From Podarcis muralis (Eukaryota): DNA of 64,000 nucleotides. The stretch covers positions 25,978,001 to 26,042,000 of the forward strand of contig NC_135663.1 of the NCBI RefSeq assembly GCF_964188315.1, given 5' to 3'. The translations under genes were made by a program, and so were the position numbers. How positions within the stretch are numbered: the first letter of the stretch is position 1; each line of letters begins with the position of its first letter. Below, one piece after another: positions 60,596 through 64,000 of this stretch. Below the pieces are notes generated by a model. It was not told the DNA's origin. It saw only the letters and a program-made list of their open reading frames with translations, and did no database searches.

Positions 60596-61707
60596 GTCAG
60601 GGATGATGGGAATTGTAGTCCCAAAAAACATCTGGAGGGCAGAGTTTGCCTATGCCTGATTTACAGCATAACCAACTTCAGGCGTGCACCTGGAGCAAGC
60701 AGAGGCATATCTGCAACCAATCCTGGCCAAAGAAAGAGAGAGAGGATAGAGAAACAGGAAGTACTATATGCCCCTCCCTCTCCCATGGAGCAGGGGAAAT
60801 AACATCATACAGATCCCTCTCTACCAATTGTATTTCTATGGTCTGAGTATCTGCCTATCAGCAGTACAGCTCTGTGGTGTTAGCCCCTTCTCATGTTAAC
60901 TAGCAAGAATATGCATGTGTTGGGTTACTCTGCTGATCTTCCACATCTCTCTCCCCATTTTATCATCACAATAACCCTGTGCAATTAAACTAAGAGTCGG
61001 TGACTGGTCCAAGATGATCCACTGAGCTTCATGGATGAGTGCAGATTTGAAGTCTCGTCTGCCAGGTCCTAGTCCAACCTTGAATCACACTGGTTCTCAA
61101 TCAGAAGATCAATACTATTTACTCAACCTTTTCAGATTTCTTGCAACAGTTACTGAAATAATGTATTGTTGCACACCATCCCAATCTCCAAGCGTTGCAA
61201 GAGTCCTGGGATTCTAGGCGTTTACCCAGAACAAAGGACAGTGTAGACTGTCGTATCTTTAGGTTTATTTGCATATCTGTACAACCTGAGCCTATGTAGA
61301 GGGGCTCACAGCATTTACACCCCAGAATGTCATGCCTCTCCCATAGCCACAGCCTTGGATTCAAGCAGAAATCAAGCATGTCTCTCCCTCTCAGGCTTCT
61401 ACCTGCAGCCTGCTTCTAGCTCATACACTAATCAACTCTGGCTTTTGTCCTCCTAACTACAAGCCAGTTGAGGGAGGGGGTGCAATCATTTTCTCTCTAG
61501 CACAAAGCCACTTCCTTTGTTACTTTAATGATCCATACTTGGTGGTCATTACCTCACCAAGAAGTTGGCCTGGCTATTCCACAAACTGAATCCTCCATTA
61601 CATTTTAAATGTTGCTGGATCCAGGAATTAGAAGGGGTTGGGGCACACAGCCTAACCCTGCCCCCTACTCAGAGCACTTTATAAAGTGCTTTGAACACTC
61701 TAAGGCG

Positions 61708-62268
61708 CTATACCAGCTGCACTGGCTCCCAGTGGAGTACAGTATCAGGTTTAAGGTGCTGGTTTTAACCTTTAAAGCCCTATATGGCCTAGGACCCTCG
61801 TACCTACGGGACCGCCTATGGAGGACCTTACGGTCTTCAAACAAAAACATCTTGGAGGTCCCAGGCCACAGGGAGCTTAGGCTGGCCTCAACCAGAGCCA
61901 GGGCTTTTTCGGCTGTGGCCCCAATCTGGTGGAACGCTCTGTCACAAGAGACTAGGGCCCTGTGGGACTTGACATCTTTCTGCAGGGCCTGCAAGACAGA
62001 GCTGTTCCACCAGGCCTTTGGCCAAGGCACAGTCTGTCCCCCTCCTTTGGCAATCCTCATACAACTCTAGCCCAATGGTTGCCATTAATTTGATTTTGAA
62101 TTGATTTTCGAATGAATTGATCTTCGAATGCATTTCAATTAATTGATTGTGATTTTATGTAAACTGTGTTACTTTTATTGTTGGTAGCTGCTCTGACCCT
62201 GGCTTTGGCTGGAGAGGGCAGGATATAAATAAAATTTTATTTTATTATTATTATTATTATTATTATTA
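61708..62268 (+). mobile_element. L2 LINE 3' fragment
   Basis: LHWLPVEYSIRFKVLVLTFKALYGLGPSYLRDRL; (TAT)n tail at 62240-62267. Confidence 0.8.
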
Positions 62269-63404
62269 CAGAAGGGAGAAGAGATGAGGAGGAAGAGCTG
62301 TTGATCAATTAAATAAACATCTGAATCCTAACCAATTAATCATCTAACATTAATCAATGTCATTTGATTATATTTACATATTGCAAAATCAGTGAGAATA
62401 ATGAAGAAAGGGAACAGTTGCACTTCAATGAGCAATAACAGGCCACAGATTTGTCTGAAGAAAAACCCATCTTTGAAAATTCCTGCTTATTCATTGATAA
62501 TGGTTTGTTGTTACCTAGGGAAGTCGATGCTGGAGTCAAGCAGATGGCATCTACGAAGGCATGGGCTTGCGTCCAGTGATGTTGTCCCATTTGTGGAAGG
62601 ACTTCTGCTTGTGCAGTGTTGTTTCTCCTTCCTCTTCTCTCCCTGCATGCCCTCCACATGGATTTGGGGTACACACATGGAGTGAGGAGATAAAGGGCAA
62701 AAGTGGAAGGTTCTGTTGTGCAAGTGGAAGACCCCTTGCATGAATGGATGCAACCGACAGTGGTCTTGGATGTTCCACCTCCCAAACAAAATACAGAAAT
62801 CAGAATATAGCTCAAAGTGCTTAAATCCCATGAATGTTATGGGGCTTAGATGTGCTTACATGTAATATAGAGTTCTACTCAAATCCTTTAATTCACAGCT
62901 GCCTGAATTCATGATTCCATTTTTGCATCTTGCAAGATATGCAGTCAGACACCAGCTGAAAGTCCCTTTTTCAGTGTCCACTTGAAGGTGAAACAGAGGA
63001 CAATCATGTCTCATCTTAGGAGAGAGACGGAGACAGAGAGATCCCTCCCCACCTCCCCTTAGCATTCTCAGAGTTTAATCATTAAAAGGGATAGCATGGT
63101 TGTTTTAAAGGCAGTGTGTAAAGCTGGTCCTGACACACAGGTCCACACGCTGTCAGGGTAGTGAAAGATTGGCTCTTGTTTTGTCCATTCTGGGTCTCAG
63201 CTTCAGATTGCTGCTCACATCAAAGCAGTGATTATGCAAATATGCACTTTTAAAAGGGTTGGGTGAGGAGAGAATTATTTATCACACAATAAACCCCCTG
63301 CTAGGGTGGGAAACAATAGATCCGATCACTTCTAGCCCAAGGCTCAAAAAGGGTGGGTTTTTTTTAACTGGACTAACCTAATTTCACTAATTCTCTTTTC
63401 ACAC

Positions 63405-63440
63405 ATCTTTCTCTTTCTTTCTTTCTTTCTTTCTTTCTTT
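63405..63440. repeat. (CTTT)n microsatellite
   Basis: Read directly. Confidence 0.9.
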
Positions 63441-63934
63441 TGCTGAACTTTATACTCTTGGGTCCCAATCCAGTAGATTTCTAGATTCACGAGCTGCACA
63501 TTTTATTTAATTAATATGGCTACTCAAGAATTGGCTGCTGAATAAAGATTTCCAGGTGCTGATGCCCAGAAGTTAGAAAGCAGAAGACCCTGGTGTAGAA
63601 TAGGCATGTGAGGGGGAAAGGGGGAAATGTGAAGGGAGGTGGTTGTGATGGTGTAGTAGTGGCAATGATGGATGTGTGGTCCATACAAGAGAAAAAGAAA
63701 GAAATCAGGCTAGGCTAAACTGAGAAAACCATATGAGATGGGACCTTTCTGCAACATCATTGTATCAAAAGTAGGAGCCCCATACAGAGAACCATACTAC
63801 TTTGGGGTAAACTCCCCCTTTTTATTGTCTCCTCTTGCAGACTATTAAAGAAAGGTTAATCACACATCAGATTATGCAGGTATGTGGCATAATGTGTGAA
63901 TAAGTCATAATAATAATAACAACAATAATTTTAG

Positions 63935-64000
63935 TTACAGATAGGTAGCCGTGTTGGTCTGCCATAGTCAAAACAAAAAAAATTCCTTCCAGTAGCACCT
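63935..64000 (+). mobile_element. Penelope-like element fragment running off the window end
   Basis: ggtagccgtgttggtctgccatagtcaaaac...ccagtagcacct, recalled as a squamate Penelope terminus. Confidence 0.5.

Larger units (their letters stand above)
59478..60658. mobile_element. Palindromic hAT-type MITE acting as host, split by a 1035-bp insertion
   Basis: TIR CAGGCATAGGCAAACTC / GAGTTTGCCTATGCCTG; perfect 8-bp TSD ATTTACAG at 59470-59477 and 60659-60666. Confidence 0.85.

Noticed and set aside
61167-61583. Possible antisense solo LTR (TGT...ACA, minus-strand AATAAA)
   Set aside because: No target-site duplication found

Overview
Vertebrate genomic DNA from a squamate reptile, probably a lacertid lizard judging by the Sauria-SINE, BovB, L2, CR1 and Penelope repeat mix. 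The window holds the complete coding sequence of ALPK1 (alpha-protein kinase 1, the ADP-heptose receptor) on the + strand. It has 13 coding exons between 10552 and 45708, all with GT-AG junctions that splice in frame into 3708 nt (1235 aa): N-terminal ligand-binding domain, long low-complexity linker, C-terminal alpha-kinase domain. The rest is intron and intergenic DNA with many SINEs, LINE fragments, MITEs, a solo LTR, microsatellites and one 240-nt assembly gap. The main unexplained signals are: (1) a nested hAT structure at 59478-60658, where two small hAT ends flank about 580 bp of CpG-rich passenger DNA inside a single 8-bp target-site duplication, like a composite transposon; (2) an unidentified spliced antisense ORF encoding a single-pass membrane protein at about 2750-3590, possibly sharing a promoter with ALPK1; (3) repeated TIFA-Thr9-like TTE(E/D) motifs in the ALPK1 linker; (4) a sense-oriented solo LTR with a polyA signal in the last ALPK1 intron; (5) several enhancer-like blocks downstream of ALPK1. 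Repeat family names and human residue numbers come from recall, not from database searches.
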